Notes: generated by a model from the sequence alone, not told the origin. Numbered from the whole stretch's first letter, positions 1 to 11,087 are shown. The stretch: 63,970 nucleotides of DNA, filler included, from Licmophora abbreviata (GCA_900291995.1; 12 parts of 12 records of this genome joined end to end with filler, not necessarily neighbours in it), one strand, 5' to 3'. A program made the numbers and translations.

Positions 1-1
1 C

Positions 2-259
2 GCTGACTTTGCTGCTATTGCCAGCGGGGCACTCAGGAAGAGTTTGGATCGACTCTGTAGAAAAGCTGAAGCTGAGTTGCAACAGTCCCAGGAAAAGACT
101 GACCTTGACACGATACTGGACCAGTGGGAGGATGAGCAGCTTGCTGCCATCGTGACGCCAGCGGACCTTTTGGATGCTGCCAAAGACGTGACACCGAGTA
201 TCAGAAGCGATCAGCTAGCGGACTACGAGCAGCTACAATCACAGTTTAACAACGGGTAG
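2..259 (+). CDS. 3' end of AAA+ ATPase, peroxin PEX6-like (5' part outside window)
   Basis: The frame from nt 2 reads ADFAAIASGALRKSLDRL...VTPADLLDAAKDVTPSIRSDQLADYEQLQSQF*. This resembles the AAA lid and the PEX6-type C-terminal PS-x-Y tail. Confidence 0.6.
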   Translation, partial: ADFAAIASGALRKSLDRLCRKAEAELQQSQEKTDLDTILDQWEDEQLAAIVTPADLLDAAKDVTPSIRSDQLADYEQLQSQFNNG

Positions 260-841
260 CTTTAGCCTCACCGCACGACCTAGGTTTCGAATGGCAGAGC
301 TGCCTGGAATGAGAGGTATGTTTAACTCAAGCCTATCAACAATGGCTACAAGGACTTCTCTAGCGTCTTTCTATATTAGATGTATCCTGCCGTTCGAGTA
401 GATCTGGCGGTGGTGGTGTTTATTCAGAGAATCTCAATTCGAGCTCTGAGCTCTCATATATTCAAAGCTCAGGTGTGCGGCGCTCGCCAAAATGAAGTGG
501 CGGGAAAATTGAAAAAACGCGCTGCGATCATACGAGTACACACGGCGATACGTGATCTCGTCTACGAGTTGCGTACGTCGTACCTGGTACGCTGCACTTT
601 AACTAGTACTGGTACCAGGCAGAAGCTGGCGGTTGTTGAGTTGAGCCTTCAAGGGTCGATCCAAGGGTCAGTGGGATCCAAGAAAAGTTCCTATTGAGCT
701 AGAAGCTTACGTTGTTGGTATCGAAGACCCCTCGGCTGCCGAGAGATTTCACAGAAGCTTCCGTTTCGAAAAAAGGCTCCCCGAGAATATATACTTGGCG
801 CCAAATTCAGAGTTAGAGGTATTGCTATACCACTCGAGAAC

Positions 842-3146
842 ATGCCTCACTCGTACCGGAACCATCATTCGGATGAAGCTGAGACTCCGATGAATCTAGA
901 AGAATATTCTGGACAGTCGACTCAACAGCGTCGTCGTCTGCGCGCTCGTCTACTGGCCATGAAGGCCACGATTGTGCAGCACACCGAGGCCATGCAGGAT
1001 GCTTCACGACCAGAAGTTTTCGATCGCCTGAGATCGGAGAACAACAGATTGTTTGACGAAATTCGATATCGCCGCGAGTTAAAGCTGGAAGGTGACAATG
1101 TTGAGCTCATCTCGGACCAGGCGGTTGGCCAAGTCGACAAACTAGTGAAGGTACGTGCGATCTCATGCTCTACCCGAGGGATCACTTCACCCAATTTGTG
1201 TTGATGCCCGATCAATCTGACCTCATCCCTTTCACTCTAATTCTTCTCTTTGTGCTTATCAGGTTCCAAAATATGATCCGATTCGGTTGACAAGCAAGCT
1301 TCGAGAAAAATGCACAACGCGCCGCGGCACTCACTCTCGATTCGACTGGAAACTCCTGGGGTATCACGCCGGCGCCTGCCTCTTGACCGTCCCACCTCGC
1401 GTATCGTTTCTGCATGGACCATTGCAAACCGACTATCAGCCAAAGGTGTGCAAGCGCAGGAGGAGAACGTCAGGAGAGAAGGAGCTGGGTGAAGATGAGC
1501 ACCCCGAAGACGTGCGGCGTACCGAACAGAATGCAGATCAGCTGAGTGCCGTGGAACGATCGGTTCAGGCGATTCATGCGACTCTGGAAAGTTCATGTCG
1601 GGACGCAAAGAGACGCAAGCTCGAGACTCTTAATCAACTGCCAGAAGAAGAGCGTGCAGCGGAAAAGAAACGAATGAGGAAGCAAGGCATGGAAGCAGTG
1701 GATGCTGTCGAGTTTCTGTTTGACCCCGAGTCGTTTACTCAGACTGTGGAGAATCTCTGCCATTTCAGCTTTTTAATACAGCAGGGCAAGGCAGGTATCA
1801 AAACGCACGAGGGAGTCCCAGTTGTGACGAGAGTACCGAAACGGCGTCGAAACGAGCCCCCATCGGCTCGCCAGTCAATTGTGTCGTTGACTTTGCAGGA
1901 TTACCGTAACCTGTGTCAAGCTCACACCCTCAAGCAAGGGCATATTCCCCATCGAACTGGTTCCAAGTATGGGGATTTGAAGGTTCGGGACTCGAATAAG
2001 GAAGATGAAGAAAGTGTCTCTAGCGAAGACTCTGCCACCTCCACGAAAGAGAAGGACTATGGAGACGAGAGTGCGTCGTATGCAGCTACTGGTGCCGTTC
2101 CATCGGTAGCACAAGACGACAACCTTCCAATCGTCACTCCACCACGACACATCGAGAAGGTTAATGCTTTTGCGAGTCCTCCATCTCCAGTGCCTTACGC
2201 CGACGACCATGCGCCAGTCGTTCGCAATAGCACGGATCCTTCCGGAGAAGTCGAAGAATGCGTACCACAGGTCTCACAGGACTCTGTTGCTCTTGACTGT
2301 CCTCTTAGCGTCTCTCCTCTACGTGAGCGTGCTGTGAGTGTCCAGGTAGGCCCCTCATCGAAAGAGAAGGACTATGGAGACGAGAGTGCATCGAATGCAG
2401 CTACTGGTGCCGTTCCATCGGTAGCACAAGACGACAACCTTCCAATCGTCACTCCACCAGGACACATCGAGAAGGTAAATGCTTTCGCGAGTCCTCCATC
2501 TCCAGTGCCTTATGCCGACGATGATGCGCCAGTCGTTCGCGATAGCACGGATCCTTCCGGAGAAGTCGAAGAATGCGTACCGCAGGTCTCACAGGACTAT
2601 GTTGCTCTTGACTGTCCTCTTAGCGTCTCTCCTCTACGTGAGCCTGTTGCGAGTGTCCAAGTGGGCCCCGCATCATCGTCAGTTCCTTTTCAAGACAATG
2701 CTCACATCATTCCACCCGATAACGGCAAGCAAACCAATGAAAATCAGGTCAGCACACCGGCAACATCGACCTTTTCTTCCGTGTCAAGTTGGTTTACATC
2801 GTTTGGATCTCACAACGAAGGGCACTTTCGAGACAAGACAGCGGAATCAGTAGTTGGTTCGCTCCCTAGTAGACGTCGTACTACTAGTAGGAAGGACGCC
2901 CTTACGACATGGTTCAAGTCGCTGGCATCACGCACGGAGGAGGCTACCCATGCTCAAGATGACAACCGAGAGGTGGCTTCACATGAGGAAGAGGTCCCGA
3001 GTAGCGAAACGAATGGCCACGTGGTGCCTGACGATGTCCCAGTGGACGAGAAGGAGAGATCTGCGGGATGGCAACAAGTGGGAAAAGTCGTGGCAGTCAC
3101 CGCCCTGAGTCTGTTTTGCATGGCGCTGCCCTTCGTGTCCAACTAG
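842..3146 (+). CDS. NSE4: Nse4/EID-family kleisin of the SMC5/6 complex with long C-terminal extension (exons 842-1150, 1263-3146)
   Basis: N-terminal RRxLR helix, FDWKLLG...FLHGPL motif and the Nse4_C motif EFLFDPESFTQTVENLCHFSFLIQQG. A GT-AG intron at 1151-1262 joins the two ORFs in frame. Confidence 0.85.
2044..2672 (+). repeat. Tandem direct duplication of a 315-nt (105-aa) unit inside the NSE4 tail
   Basis: CGAAAGAGAAGGACTATGGAGACGAGAGTGC... starts at 2044 and again at 2359. The copies are near-identical and in frame. Confidence 0.95.
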
Positions 3147-3452
3147 GGAGAAAGACTGGGCGAGAGAGAGAGCGGTAACAAGGGGAGTTAGACCGAAGTC
3201 TAACATGCAAACAAGGGAAACCAGCGGGAAACTTACTTTATAGAGGCGATGGGGCGGATCTAGAATCAATCTGTTCGACTTATTACCAGGTACCTGGCGT
3301 CGTCTACGAGTATGATAACTAGCCTGCATCACACCAGCCTCGCCTACTGGCAAAGGCCAGACTGACCACCTGCACTCCACTCATCAGATTTCCCGCCAAA
3401 TCGTTTCTTGTTTCTTGTCAGTTCTCAGTTCTCACAATGTTCTCATCTGACC

Positions 3453-4582
3453 ATGACTGCCGAAGCAATGGCAGAGTTTCACCACGAGGAGCAAGGGGAA
3501 GATGCGTCTCCCCCCACGACGATGAATCGAACGACACGTGTGTGTATCAAGAATGTTCCGTCGAATTTCAGTGATCAACAGCTTCGAAAGCACTTGGTTC
3601 AGAACTACCACGGCGATAAAGGTGATGTATCGACGACGCTTATCATCACCGACTGCAGGATTCTCCATACCAAGTTCGGAAAGAGTCGTCGCATGGCCTT
3701 TGTGGGAGTCAAGACGAGTGATATGGCAGAGAATTTGATTCTTCGGCTCCACAAGACGTATGCGGGTACGGCTCGACTGCTGGTGGAACCGGCGTTTTCG
3801 AAACATCAGGATGGAGACGCTCCAGCAACACACCGACCGTGGTCGAAACACAGCGTAGGGTCATCGCGATATACAGAGCTACATCGAAAACAGAAAGGGG
3901 ACGACAAAGACAGCACAACGGTGCCTGTGAAGGAGCCACGATCGACTGATGCAGCCAGCGACGGGCTGGAACGCCGCAAGCAAGAGTTCTTGGCGGCCAT
4001 GGGTGTCTCCGCCGACAGCAGTAAGACCGGAAAAGCCAAGTTCTGGTCAAACGACGATGGGCTGCTTGCACAAGAAGAGTCTCATGGTATATCCATGAAC
4101 GACAGCTCAAAGTCGGACGCTCCCCTCGACCGCGATACCAGCGGCAGAAGCAGTGAGAGCGAGGATAGCATGGAGGACGATTCGAGCGCCACAAGTGATG
4201 ACAGCGGGGGTGAGGGCGCCGATGTTCTACAGTCTCTTCAAACGAATCGAACGCATGGATCCGTCATGTCAGACATGGACTTTCTACGGTCGAAAGTGAC
4301 ATCTGTCGAGGATTTGAGCGAAGAAGCCGACAACGCTGAAGTCGCCACGGAAGCGACAGCGATCGCAAAAAGCGATAGCGAGAGTGATTCTTCAGACTCG
4401 AGCGACTCTGATTCCAGCGTGAGCAGTAGTGACTCTGAAGAGGAAAGCACGAAAGAACAAACGCAGCATGTACCAGGCGACGCATCGTTACCGGCGGCTC
4501 GCAACGACGCTCCTTCGTGTGACAGTGATACGCAAGTCTCCCCCAATCGGTTGTTTGTACGTAATTTGCCATTCGCATGCAC
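3453..4582 (+). CDS. MRD1: Multiple-RRM ribosome biogenesis protein RBM19/MRD1, truncated by gap
   Basis: RRM1 TRVCIKNVP...ITDCRILHTKFGKSRRMAFVG, the RPWSKHS motif, WSNDDG, and the start of RRM2 RLFVRNLPF before the N-spacer. Confidence 0.85.
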
Positions 4583-4682
4583 NNNNNNNNNNNNNNNNNN
4601 NNNNNNNNNNNNNNNNNNNNNNNNNNTTAATTAATTAANNNNNNNNNNNNNNNNNNNNNNNNNNNNNNNNNNNNNNNNNNNN
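4583..4682. other. Assembly spacer (44N-TTAATTAATTAA-44N)
   Basis: 100-nt N-run with a linker that has stops in all six frames. Confidence 0.98.
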
Positions 4683-4703
4683 CTATTCTCGCATCGCATT
4701 TCG

Positions 4704-6401
4704 ATGGGTCATGACGAAGATGACGAGCACTCCATCATGCGTCGCCGGTGGTCTATCTTCCTCTCAGGCCTCTTGTTGTGCGTGTCGACTATCGCCACCG
4801 ATGATGTTGAAACGTGCGATGCCGCCAATCCAGTCTACCAAGAGCCCCCGCCGTCATCGGACTGCCAATCCAGCGTCGTTCTCGTCGAAGGCATTCCCGA
4901 CTCGGACGAACTCGTATCCGGTGTCCTCCGCAATGACCGACGACGAACGTCGCTTCTTGATACCAACTATGACGCAGGCGATCCATTTCTAGCCGTCTCG
5001 CGTTTCGATTCTGACTTTCCCAAGAGTCTGTCGGCTCACTTTCTTCACATTTCGGCCAATGGAAGTCACGAGGGATGGTTCGTTCGCGTGGTGGCACCGT
5101 TGCAAGAGTGTGCGAAAACTATCAAGAGGCTAGTCGCTCGCGAAATTGTGCGAACCCACGATGAAATGGATGTCAATCATCGTGTCGACTTGCGAGGACC
5201 ACATCGATTGGTCGATGAGAATGGTCGAGCGTACGATTCGTCATCATCGCGACGCCTCCATCTCTTGCTACCACGAGAGGCCTTTGTCCATGAAGCGGTA
5301 GAAGAGGGTTTTGTCCGAGTCTTGGACGATGGCAAGACCACACTTACCACACTCAGTCTTTCACCTCGCGTGTTTCTGGTAGATCCGATTCTATCACTCC
5401 AAGACAGTCAAGAGTTGATTGACATTTCGTCCGGTCATCTCCAACGGTCTGCAGAACGGCACTACTCGCCAGGGTATGAAAACTACCGCACCTCCCTGAC
5501 TGGGACGACACCCCACCATGCTCGAGTGACGAGGCTATTGTGGGAGCGCGTCAAGAACATTACGGGAATGCAAGAGGGAGGAGTTGAACGGCCGCAATTG
5601 TTGAAGTATACGGGCACGACTTCGTGGTACAAGAAACATCAAGATTTCTTTCACAACTTTGAGAGTCGACCATTGGAGGAAGTGCGCATGTATGTACAAA
5701 CGCGAATAAGAGAGCTGTGGAGACATGATTCAGATGTTGCAAAGACTCTGAATGAGGAGGCATTGCACAGATTTGATAACTTGAATCAAAAGCTCAGCGA
5801 CGCTGTGGGACGCAAGTTGGCGGTGGGATTGGGACTCGACCTCACGACGGACACGAATGTCCGTCGCCTGGTGCATGACTATTTGGTGGACTCGACGGAT
5901 CCAGTGAACGACTTTTATCGTGTGTGCGCGCTATACGCATCGGAGCTATTGCAAGCGCAGGGCATGACAATAGAGTACTCAGATGATCTTGCGGAAGACC
6001 TCATACTCGGGAGCTACGATGACTTGGATCTGCAAGACTACGTCCCGTACGTTGTCAAACCTGTCCAGAGTAATCGGCATGTTACCATGTTACCGATATT
6101 GCAAGCTGCCGATCGCGGTGGAAACACGGCGTTTCCAAATGCCGAAACATCGCGGTTGCTAGAGCCAGATCACGACGAAGAGATTGAGGATTGCAAGCGA
6201 GGTTTGATCGTCAAGGCAGAGTCAGGTCAAGCCTTGATGTTTTACAATCGACTGCCTCGCGGTGATTTGGACTTTACGAGTACGCATGCAGGTTGTCCAC
6301 CGAAGGAGGGGGAGAAGATTGCAGTCAACTGTTTCACGTGGGATGCGGACGAACGATTCGCCTTTCACTTTCTGAGCAATATCGACGAGTTATACGGTTG
6401 A
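4704..6401 (+). CDS. Secretory-pathway prolyl 4-hydroxylase-like 2OG-Fe(II) dioxygenase
   Basis: Signal-like MRRRWSIFLSGLLLCVSTIA; LSLSPRVFLVD, RTS, QLLKY...HQD, NRHVT, GGNTAFP, GQALMFYN, HAGCP...GEK motifs. Confidence 0.85.
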   Translation: MGHDEDDEHSIMRRRWSIFLSGLLLCVSTIATDDVETCDAANPVYQEPPPSSDCQSSVVLVEGIPDSDELVSGVLRNDRRRTSLLDTNYDAGDPFLAVSRFDSDFPKSLSAHFLHISANGSHEGWFVRVVAPLQECAKTIKRLVAREIVRTHDEMDVNHRVDLRGPHRLVDENGRAYDSSSSRRLHLLLPREAFVHEAVEEGFVRVLDDGKTTLTTLSLSPRVFLVDPILSLQDSQELIDISSGHLQRSAERHYSPGYENYRTSLTGTTPHHARVTRLLWERVKNITGMQEGGVERPQLLKYTGTTSWYKKHQDFFHNFESRPLEEVRMYVQTRIRELWRHDSDVAKTLNEEALHRFDNLNQKLSDAVGRKLAVGLGLDLTTDTNVRRLVHDYLVDSTDPVNDFYRVCALYASELLQAQGMTIEYSDDLAEDLILGSYDDLDLQDYVPYVVKPVQSNRHVTMLPILQAADRGGNTAFPNAETSRLLEPDHDEEIEDCKRGLIVKAESGQALMFYNRLPRGDLDFTSTHAGCPPKEGEKIAVNCFTWDADERFAFHFLSNIDELYG

Positions 6402-6473
6402 TCGCCTCCCGTCAACTGTTTCATCCAATAGTTTCATAACAAAGTGTCGCCTAGAGACAATATTTTCTAGTAA

Positions 6474-7007
6474 CTAGCTAGCGCTGGAGCTCATTGTGTC
6501 TCGTTCAATCAAGTCAATCCAATCGCTCGTTGTCCTTTCGAAGAGGTCCTTGTTGTGGGGAAACCTACTGGAAAAATACCTTGGTGTACGGCCTTTGATA
6601 TCCCCCGATGCGTGATCATCGAGAGCTTGTGGGTACTTTCGTATCAGTGCCTCCACTGTGTTGGTACTGGCGCCCCACATGGCGGCAACATGGAGTGGCA
6701 GCCAGTCGTCTGTGCCGTGAACACGACACGCTTGGGGGTTTAATTCAATCAGTTTCAGGACAATCCTCTCTGGAGCTTCGTAACCCAGAGCAGCATGAAG
6801 CGGCGTATTTCCAAACTTGTCGCGTTCTCCTATAAACAGCGGAATCTGCCTTCTTTCTTCCACCTGCTTACTCGAAATAGCAGGCACACCGCCGGCGGTA
6901 TGAATCATCGTCAAAAGAGCCTCCACTTGGTCCCAATTTTTGAGTTTGATCTTTCGAAAGAGCTCATTGTCGTCCTTGTCGGCAAATTCTTCCTCCGAAA
7001 GGGGCAT
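6474..7007 (-). CDS. Ankyrin-repeat-like protein
   Basis: DKFGNTPLHAAL, WLPLHVAAMWG and GRTP repeats. Confidence 0.8.
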   Translation of the reverse strand: MPLSEEEFADKDDNELFRKIKLKNWDQVEALLTMIHTAGGVPAISSKQVEERRQIPLFIGERDKFGNTPLHAALGYEAPERIVLKLIELNPQACRVHGTDDWLPLHVAAMWGASTNTVEALIRKYPQALDDHASGDIKGRTPRYFSSRFPHNKDLFERTTSDWIDLIERDTMSSSAS

Positions 7008-7427
7008 TCTCGTTTTCAGAGCAGTGCGGCCAAGGCGAGGGCATCACAAGACACGCCATTTTGACATTGTCTCAAGCCGCATGGCAAAATCTGATGATGT
7101 GAAGGTGACGTTTTCTAGCCCGTGAGTCAAGTCAGTCAGATTGAGTCACGAGATGCGAGCTCTAATCCATTCTCAATGTGACGCGATCCAGAGCTCGCAT
7201 TTCTCTCATCGTGTCTGGGAACAAAATGAGATTTGAGATTTTGATTGAACTACCGCGTTGCTGTCAGAGCCGTCGTCGATCATTTTCTCAGCCTCTGCAA
7301 CCGCGTTTTCATCTATTTTGCCACAAATGAGTCTAGCATGTACCTAAACTTCCATTGGTACCATTTGTTTCACCCGAAGTGATCGAAATTTAACGAAACT
7401 ACGACCTAGTACCTCCCCAGCAAGATC

Positions 7428-10400
7428 ATGCTGGAGACGGTCGTACGTCGTATTGTCGCACCGCCGACAGTAAATGCTGGCGTATCGGCTTCTGCCACGT
7501 CCCCGACGTCTCTGGCATCGCAGGTGCTTGCATCTTCAGGCATACCAGGCGCCACAGTCACACCGACAAGACAACGCTGCGTAACCTGTCACCCGAGTCT
7601 TCCTTTGATATGCTATACGCTGGACGTGGTGAACGCACCGCTCTCGATGCATCGACAGCTGGTGGTACAAGATAGCAAAACGCGACAGGTTGTGTGGCAG
7701 CGGTCGCTGAGAGAGCTTGCGAGCGAGCTGTTTGGGTTGAATAGTGACAAAGTCTTCAACTTCACCAACAGCAAACTACAGGTTGCACTGAAGGCCCTCG
7801 GACGCGTTCAGCGTGTGTCGTTTCTCGATCCCTCCACGGCGATTCTTCAGGATGCGGAAGAGTCATCCTGGTTCCAGCATGTGGCGATTCACTTGCACCA
7901 ACGCGTCGTCGTATGGGATATTCGGACCAACAGGCTGGTGAGACAATTCACGCAAGCCAATCTAAGTTCTGCTCATCCGACGACGTCGGCACTCGCATTG
8001 ACAACCAAGCTCATGGCGATTGGCTGTGCCGATGGTAGTTTTCGAGTGTACGATACTGCGTCAGACAAGGTACTGAAGAGTGCCAGAGCGGGGGCGAGTA
8101 AGATCGATGCCTTGTGGGATATCGTGAATGTGACGACTTTTGATGAGCAGCACGGTACTGCATCGGTACGCACGGCGCGCATCGCGGTGCTGAACAAGAA
8201 GGGCACTGCCATTGTCTGGGAGCTTGTCGTGGACGTTCGTGAACATTCGCTGGTAGAAATTCGACCTCCTCTGGCGCGGCTGGAAGGACAGTTTACGTCG
8301 ACGCAGCTGTCCTTGGGAGGAGACGCGCGAACGGAGGCGACAAGTACGAATAGCGCGACGAGTGGCAGCAAGGCGGACGGTACGGCAGATGCGAGCACCC
8401 CTTCCATGGAGCATGTATTGGTAGACTACGATGGGCACCGAGACTATATATTCTGGTTCGTGCCGCTCGGATACAAGGGATCGAACAAGCCTCACGTGCT
8501 CGTGTGGGATCTCAATATCGTATCAGCCGAAGCCATTGGACGAAGCAAGACACCCAAACCGGAACCCTTTGTCATGTCAATCACTAGCGTTGACATTGAT
8601 CCCATGACGCTTGTCGCTGGTTGGGTGCATCCTTCCTATTCTTCGACAGATATTTTGTGTGCTGTCGTGACACAAAGTGGTAAATTGCATGTCGTGGGCA
8701 TGCCGCGGTCGGAGGCTAGCGCGGGACGGGCTACCGAGACAATTCCTGTATTCTCTCTCCATGTTTCACTGATCTTGAAGAGTGATTCGGCGCTGCCGCC
8801 TCCAAGGCTTCATGTCCAATCGTTAGCCACACTACGACGACTCGACCCTTCAACCCTCATGGTCGGTACAGATCTAGGAGTCCTTGTGGTGCGTGTCCAG
8901 GAAACGACCATCAAGGGAGCTGCGCGTCACGTGCATTTTGGCAATAGCATGGGCGAGTGGAGCAGATCAGTTTTGATGGTACACGGTGATTCATCCATTG
9001 CATGGGGCCAACTTCAAGTTCCCCACAGGAATCCTCAGGGCGCGATACACGTCAAGAACCCGAAAACTGTCCATGGAGCAATACGTTCGGGACTGCTAAG
9101 TTTGTCTCCCGAAGCTCAGAGACAATCACCAGTAGTGGGACCAGCACCGGTGTTGCTGCCTAGTCCATCTGGACGCTTTTTGTGTATTCTTTGGCAAGAC
9201 GAGGAACGGTACGAAATTGTTCATATGGCAAGTCTCTTGCGACGTAACGACGATGGTTCTAGATATTCTGCATCCGTGTCGAGTGGGATCGATGTTGTCT
9301 CATTCGCATGGGTCGGAGATGATGATGTATTTGCTGTTCTGCATCCTCCTGCCGAACAGAAAGAGGGGCAAACTCACTCATTTCGAACAAACACAACACT
9401 TTCCTCGAAGGAGTCGAGCGTCATGCTTGGCGCGGGAGGGGGAAGCAAGAAGAAAACCTTACGCAAGTCTTTTGATTTCGTAAAGAAAGGGAAGAGCATG
9501 ACTAGTCCTCTCACTTCTGAAAAGTCGGTTACTCCAACCTCAGCAACAAACACCGCTCAAAAGGAAGGGGACTACACCAACGACGGATCACGCTTTTTAC
9601 CACGGGTTGAACTTCGGACGTTGATTCGCGTCACCGCAAACGCTGCCGAGATAGGTGGCAGCATCTCAGCCGCCACGGAGACGTCGTTCGGCGAAATCAC
9701 GCTGCGCGGCGGTAACCGGAGCCCGGCTTCGGCTCTCTTTGGAGGACCAGTTTTGTGTGTCGCTAGCGATGGTGATACCAATAGCACAAAGGATAGAGGC
9801 GTCGCCTACTTTTACACACGCAAGACAGACACGGACGGTCGAGCCTCTTCGTACGTGTCATCCGGACCCGCCATCCCCTCGCCAGACTTGGTTGAATGGG
9901 ACGAAGATGGCCGCATCTGTGCTGTCATAGTCGAATCGCGAATTTCCGTGTTCCTCTCGCATCCTCCGCAACTTTCATTGCTGGGCAATGTCCAGCTTGG
10001 ATCACCGACTGACCCTGACGTCACCGTCACCGGAGCCAAGTTCATTCATGGGGTCCTGTACTGCACCACTGAGACTTCTGTTCAGTGCATCTTTTTGGGT
10101 AATCTCGAGAGCGGAATATGTCATATGGACTCTTTTATGTTGGCTTCTGTCGGACATCCGTCTCTGCGTTCGCTATCGGCTACTTTGGCGCCTCCATCGC
10201 TATCAATGGCGTTGAACCATCCACTCGTGCTGGGATATCAGAGCGGGAGCTTACTTCTTTCTACATCTACAGGACTCCATGCAGTGTCGCTCAGTCATCC
10301 ATTACTACGAATTGGATCTTTGCTTGCAGCGGAACTTTCAGATCAAGCTAAGCCTTGGCTCGATCTGATCGAAGAGTACGACCACGAGGCGCTTTCCGCG

Positions 10401-10859
10401 TTCCTGGAACGGCGCGGAGAGCCCGTGTTGGCAGCGGAGTTGCCGGGTCTTTCTGTGGAGACCACTATCGATATCTGTTTGCGCTATGACCTCACAGAAC
10501 GACTGGAAGCCTTGATTGAGGATCATGGTCTGCAGAGCATTCGAAATGTTGATGAGGGGAGGCCAACCATTTATGAAGTTGGCTATAGCCTTGTCGTGAG
10601 TGTTGGCGCCTATTTGCTGAGCAAAGGGAAATTTGAAATTGTACGAAGACTGGCAACGGAATGCCTGCAGTGTGGAAGAGATGGAAAGAACGACGCGTTC
10701 GTCCTCGCGGGTCTATTGTCGGCCGTAGACCCTTCAGATGCTCGCCGACTAATCGTGCGTGCTGTAGGGGCCAACAGTGATGACCACAAGTTCAGCGATG
10801 ATGGCAGAATAGCAACGAAACCTGTATTGGCACTCGTCCGAGATCACATCATCCACTAA
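7428..10859 (+). CDS. WD40 beta-propeller plus alpha-solenoid protocoatomer, TSET/TPLATE complex TWD40-2/TTRAY-like subunit
   Basis: 1143-aa intronless ORF with WD40 blades (AIGCADGSFRVYD). The segment LSHPLLRIGSLLAA...HEALSAFLERRG...LPGLS resembles, from memory, the TWD40-2/coatomer hinge. Confidence 0.6.
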   Translation: MLETVVRRIVAPPTVNAGVSASATSPTSLASQVLASSGIPGATVTPTRQRCVTCHPSLPLICYTLDVVNAPLSMHRQLVVQDSKTRQVVWQRSLRELASELFGLNSDKVFNFTNSKLQVALKALGRVQRVSFLDPSTAILQDAEESSWFQHVAIHLHQRVVVWDIRTNRLVRQFTQANLSSAHPTTSALALTTKLMAIGCADGSFRVYDTASDKVLKSARAGASKIDALWDIVNVTTFDEQHGTASVRTARIAVLNKKGTAIVWELVVDVREHSLVEIRPPLARLEGQFTSTQLSLGGDARTEATSTNSATSGSKADGTADASTPSMEHVLVDYDGHRDYIFWFVPLGYKGSNKPHVLVWDLNIVSAEAIGRSKTPKPEPFVMSITSVDIDPMTLVAGWVHPSYSSTDILCAVVTQSGKLHVVGMPRSEASAGRATETIPVFSLHVSLILKSDSALPPPRLHVQSLATLRRLDPSTLMVGTDLGVLVVRVQETTIKGAARHVHFGNSMGEWSRSVLMVHGDSSIAWGQLQVPHRNPQGAIHVKNPKTVHGAIRSGLLSLSPEAQRQSPVVGPAPVLLPSPSGRFLCILWQDEERYEIVHMASLLRRNDDGSRYSASVSSGIDVVSFAWVGDDDVFAVLHPPAEQKEGQTHSFRTNTTLSSKESSVMLGAGGGSKKKTLRKSFDFVKKGKSMTSPLTSEKSVTPTSATNTAQKEGDYTNDGSRFLPRVELRTLIRVTANAAEIGGSISAATETSFGEITLRGGNRSPASALFGGPVLCVASDGDTNSTKDRGVAYFYTRKTDTDGRASSYVSSGPAIPSPDLVEWDEDGRICAVIVESRISVFLSHPPQLSLLGNVQLGSPTDPDVTVTGAKFIHGVLYCTTETSVQCIFLGNLESGICHMDSFMLASVGHPSLRSLSATLAPPSLSMALNHPLVLGYQSGSLLLSTSTGLHAVSLSHPLLRIGSLLAAELSDQAKPWLDLIEEYDHEALSAFLERRGEPVLAAELPGLSVETTIDICLRYDLTERLEALIEDHGLQSIRNVDEGRPTIYEVGYSLVVSVGAYLLSKGKFEIVRRLATECLQCGRDGKNDAFVLAGLLSAVDPSDARRLIVRAVGANSDDHKFSDDGRIATKPVLALVRDHIIH

Positions 10860-11087
10860 CTAGATCACGAAAGCCACATTTAACATTTACCATACGAGCA
10901 TCGGATCTATACAAGTTTAGACTAAGAAGCCAGCTACAACCCGAAAATCAGGTAACAAAAACGGCAGTTCCCTGTGTACTTGTAGCCCATAGCAATGTCC
11001 GTCACCAGGCACGAGTAGATCTGGCAAATCCTACACAAAATCTCACATACAACTCCTCGGTTCCCAACTGTGGGTTCGACGAGGAGT

